Below are positions 24,701 through 26,490 of a DNA stretch of 26,490 nucleotides, one piece after another (the first letter of the stretch is position 1; each line of letters opens with the position of its first letter). Source of the stretch: Lysobacterales bacterium (GTDB lineage: Bacteria > Pseudomonadota > Gammaproteobacteria > Xanthomonadales > SZUA-5); assembly GCA_022844165.1 (NCBI GenBank), contig JALHMH010000032.1, forward strand, positions 28,064-54,553, in the 5' to 3' direction. A program made the position numbers and the translations under genes. The notes under the pieces were generated by a model. It made no database searches and was not told the origin of the DNA. It saw only the letters and a program-made list of their open reading frames with translations.

Positions 24701-26490
24701 CACAATCAGCGGCAAAGTCGATCGACGCGCGCTGTACGAATTGCCGGCGGAAGCAGCGGCGCCCGGCGCCGCATCGACCGCGCCGCGATCCAACGATGAA
24801 GCGGCTCTTGCAGCGATTTGGTCGGAGGTACTCGGCATCAATGGGATTGGTGTCGAACAGAACTTCTTCGAGATTGGGGGCCACTCGCTGCTACTGATCC
24901 GCATGCTGTCTCGGGTCCGGCGGCAGATGCAGGTTGATTTGCCGCTTGGCCGCGTTTTCGAAGCACCAACAATCGCGTTGCTTGCTGAGTCTATCGCCGA
25001 AGCACGCAACCAACGCCGCGTCTACGATTCGCCGATCGCCATTGCGCCCCGACAATTGGGCGCCGTCGCACTCACTGCACGGCAGTCGCTGGCGCAGCAA
25101 AGATTGTGGTTCTTGCAGACCCTGCAGCCGGACTCTTCTGCTTACGGCAATCCCAGCGCCACGCTTCTCTTGGGGAATCTGGATATCGGTGCTTTGCAAC
25201 ATGCCTTGGATGAACTGATAACCCGTCACGAAATCCTGCGCACCGTATTCGCCGAGATCGACGGTGAGCCCAGGCAAAGAGTGCTCAACGAACTTGCACT
25301 GCCTATTCGCATTGTGGATCTCAGCGGCGCCCAAGTAACGGATCCGCGGGTTGCGGCCCTGGTTGCTCAGGATGCCGCCGCGCCATTTGATCTGATCCAT
25401 GGGCCCTTGTTGCGCGCCAGCGTCGCGATACTCGAACGTTCACGCCACGTCTTGCTGTTCAACTGGCATCACATCATTACCGACGCCTGGTCCCTGGTCA
25501 TATTCCAGCGCGAACTGACCGCGCTCTACAACGCTGCGGTGGGCGGCAAGCCGATCGCGCTGGTGCCTGCGATCGTGCAGTACGCGGACTTCGCGAACTG
25601 GGAGGCGGCTCAACTGCAGAGCGAAGGTTTGGCGAACCAGTTGTTGTTCTGGCGTGAGCGGCTTGCTGGTGCACCAGAAGCGATGCAACTGGGAGCCCTG
25701 ATCGCTTCCAGAAGCGGGCCCAACTGCAGCCGTCGCAGCATATCGCTGCCGCACGCCACTCTCGATCCGTTGAACCAGGTCGCAAGACGTCTGAGGACGA
25801 CGCTATTCGTAGTTTGTCTGGCAGCATTTAAACTCCTGCTGGCGCGCTATAGCGGCAGCACGGATGTCATCGTTGGTACACCGATTTCCGGGCGCTCGCG
25901 CGAGGAGTTCGAGCCGGTTCTCGGGTACTTTCTCAATACGCTGGTGTTACGCACCGAGCTCGCCGACGCGATGAATGTCGGAGATCTCTTCAGGAAGGTC
26001 CGTGAGACCGCCACGCAGGCGTTTGCGCATCGCGACCTGCCATTCGACAAACTCGTACAGGAACTCAGTCGGGCGCGTCAGTCGGGCGGCACGCCGCTCT
26101 TTAACGTGGCGTTCGTACTGGAACACGATTCCAATCAGTCCGTCGCACTCGATGGCCTGACTCTCGTCGCCCTGCCCCGTGGTACCCAGGAAGCGAAATT
26201 CGATCTCTCGTTGAGCATGCGTGCTTTCGAGGATCGCCTCGACATCGAATGCGAGTTCCGCAGTGGTAGCGATGTCGCCATTGAACGAATGCTCAGGCAT
26301 CTATCGATGCTACTGGTGGCGCTGCCGGCTGACCTCACTCGCCCCCTTTCGGCCCTCGACATGCGCCTTGGCGAGGAGCGCTCGGTGCCGGTGTGGGCGC
26401 CGTTGGCGCTGCGGCCGACACGCGTCGATGCGGCGATTGCCGCACAAGCGGCTCGCTCTGGCGGTGCGCCTGCGGTTGCGATGGAAGGTC
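21762..26490 (+). CDS. Multimodular NRPS, docking helix-C-A-T-C-(A...), truncated by the right edge (not in the ORF track)
   Basis: ATGA overlap with the TEII stop. Manual translation: MTRKPDIAKLTPEQR..., C1 FHHIVMDGWS (~22260), A YTSGTTGQPKGV (~23676), SFDTS, NTYGPTE, LTGD, PLTISGKVDR, T NFFEIGGHSLL (Ser at 24885-24887), C2 WHHIITDAWS (~25464). All checked motifs are in one frame. Confidence 0.95.
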   Translation, partial: MTRKPDIAKLTPEQRTRARSRLLAIKARRDGVYPLAPAQSAMWYQQLAEPASAAYNMPLAFCLHGEFPEPQRVVAQCLEAVVQRHSALRTVFAIEIDEPCQRVLPDVPVALVFRDLEGHLPTDWRAEVPALSRQQAKGAFDLERGPLFRFELARVAADQHILFATFHHIVMDGWSIGVFLNDFAQAFIGVADGKPPAWERLEVDYADFVLSHAAKTEGERRSVLKRYWQQRLVDAPALLELPCEFKRPARYSYNGAVYGFPIENQIAQGLNELGRQIGATPFMAALASFYVLLARLSGQSDIVLGVSTANRDSKQFWGVIGLFSDILPMRAMVALNGGFRAFLGNVRAQCLRDYDHADVSMTSIIEFARPQRAPDRTLLFQAGFDYQNTPWPDVVGEHVTLLNGDAGATKLDLNFNLSRVRDELFAVFEYNTDLYSEATIAGFAASYRHLLAEMLKHPDAPMDRLPLQPESTLLAAAAAPGSAAPIAGTTVLDAIATAAALHRNPEALLGKHECVDAATLMRRADAIGLALRGAGVRPEDRIGLFLSRSTGFVQSLLGVWVAGACYVAMDPALADERIDFMIGDAGIRVVLTSRLNAVSWRHREGVQLLLIDDAIANPSIPSPTTLPGARAEHLAYLMYTSGTTGQPKGVMVEHRALRAFTAAAIANFAVCAQDRVLQFASASFDTSLEEILPALCTGATLVIADEEAGSSIAGLLQACSAQRISLLNLPTAVWHELVETLDAEAIVLPETIRAVVIGGEAAQPQSVQCWRSCVPAHVRLINTYGPTEITVSVAHADLAATDVDEARRPAVSLGRVNAGASVWILDPFGAPVPRGVFGELAVGGTTLARGYCGLPALTAQRFVPDPWGDGSRLYLTGDWARFRNDGSLEFGGRRDDQVKLSGFRVELGEIEAQLLRHPALRQTAVLLHTRSADQPQRLVAYVVPHIRPGIEIEDLRRWSAQKLAAHMRPATYVVMDELPLTISGKVDRRALYELPAEAAAPGAASTAPRSNDEAALAAIWSEVLGINGIGVEQNFFEIGGHSLLLIRMLSRVRRQMQVDLPLGRVFEAPTIALLAESIAEARNQRRVYDSPIAIAPRQLGAVALTARQSLAQQRLWFLQTLQPDSSAYGNPSATLLLGNLDIGALQHALDELITRHEILRTVFAEIDGEPRQRVLNELALPIRIVDLSGAQVTDPRVAALVAQDAAAPFDLIHGPLLRASVAILERSRHVLLFNWHHIITDAWSLVIFQRELTALYNAAVGGKPIALVPAIVQYADFANWEAAQLQSEGLANQLLFWRERLAGAPEAMQLGALIASRSGPNCSRRSISLPHATLDPLNQVARRLRTTLFVVCLAAFKLLLARYSGSTDVIVGTPISGRSREEFEPVLGYFLNTLVLRTELADAMNVGDLFRKVRETATQAFAHRDLPFDKLVQELSRARQSGGTPLFNVAFVLEHDSNQSVALDGLTLVALPRGTQEAKFDLSLSMRAFEDRLDIECEFRSGSDVAIERMLRHLSMLLVALPADLTRPLSALDMRLGEERSVPVWAPLALRPTRVDAAIAAQAARSGGAPAVAMEG

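Larger units (their letters stand above)
3565..26490. other. Hybrid FAAL-PKS/NRPS lipopeptide biosynthetic gene cluster (left part, incomplete)
   Basis: Contiguous MbtH, tailoring oxygenases, NRPS, FAAL-PKS, peptide exporter, TEII and NRPS genes. Confidence 0.93.

Noticed and set aside
25461-25493. C2 motif HHIITDA instead of HHxxxDG
   Set aside because: The catalytic His and Asp are intact, and G-to-A is a common tolerated variant.
1-26490. CRISPR arrays, tRNA/rRNA genes, IS elements and integrases
   Set aside because: I saw no regularly spaced repeats, RNA-gene signatures or transposase/recombinase motifs.

Overview
GC-rich bacterial DNA; the flanking genes look Xanthomonadales/gammaproteobacterial, which is inference only. 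Bases 1-3152 are an ordinary minus-strand flank: a truncated secreted protein, a carboxypeptidase-regulatory-like domain protein, a decayed AAA_14 ATPase fragment, a secreted hypothetical protein and a DUF2141-DUF2306 pair. From 3565 to the right edge lies the left part of a hybrid FAAL-PKS/NRPS lipopeptide gene cluster that I cannot match to a characterised cluster from memory. It contains MbtH, an APH-fold protein lacking both catalytic aspartates, an AspH-family dioxygenase, a CYP153-like P450, and a stand-alone A-T-C NRPS on the opposite strand. These are followed by a 2851-aa FAAL-ACP*-KS-AT-DH*-ER*-KR-ACP protein (* = degenerate motifs), a PvdE/SyrD-type ABC exporter, a type II thioesterase and a C-A-T-C-(A...) NRPS that runs off the window. 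The inferred start of the product is a 3-hydroxy fatty acyl chain on a basic amino acid. The most unusual elements are the pseudokinase, the loading ACP without its canonical Ser, and the A-T-C protein that looks like an A-T-E-C module with the E domain deleted. All motif calls are by eye; no searches were run.
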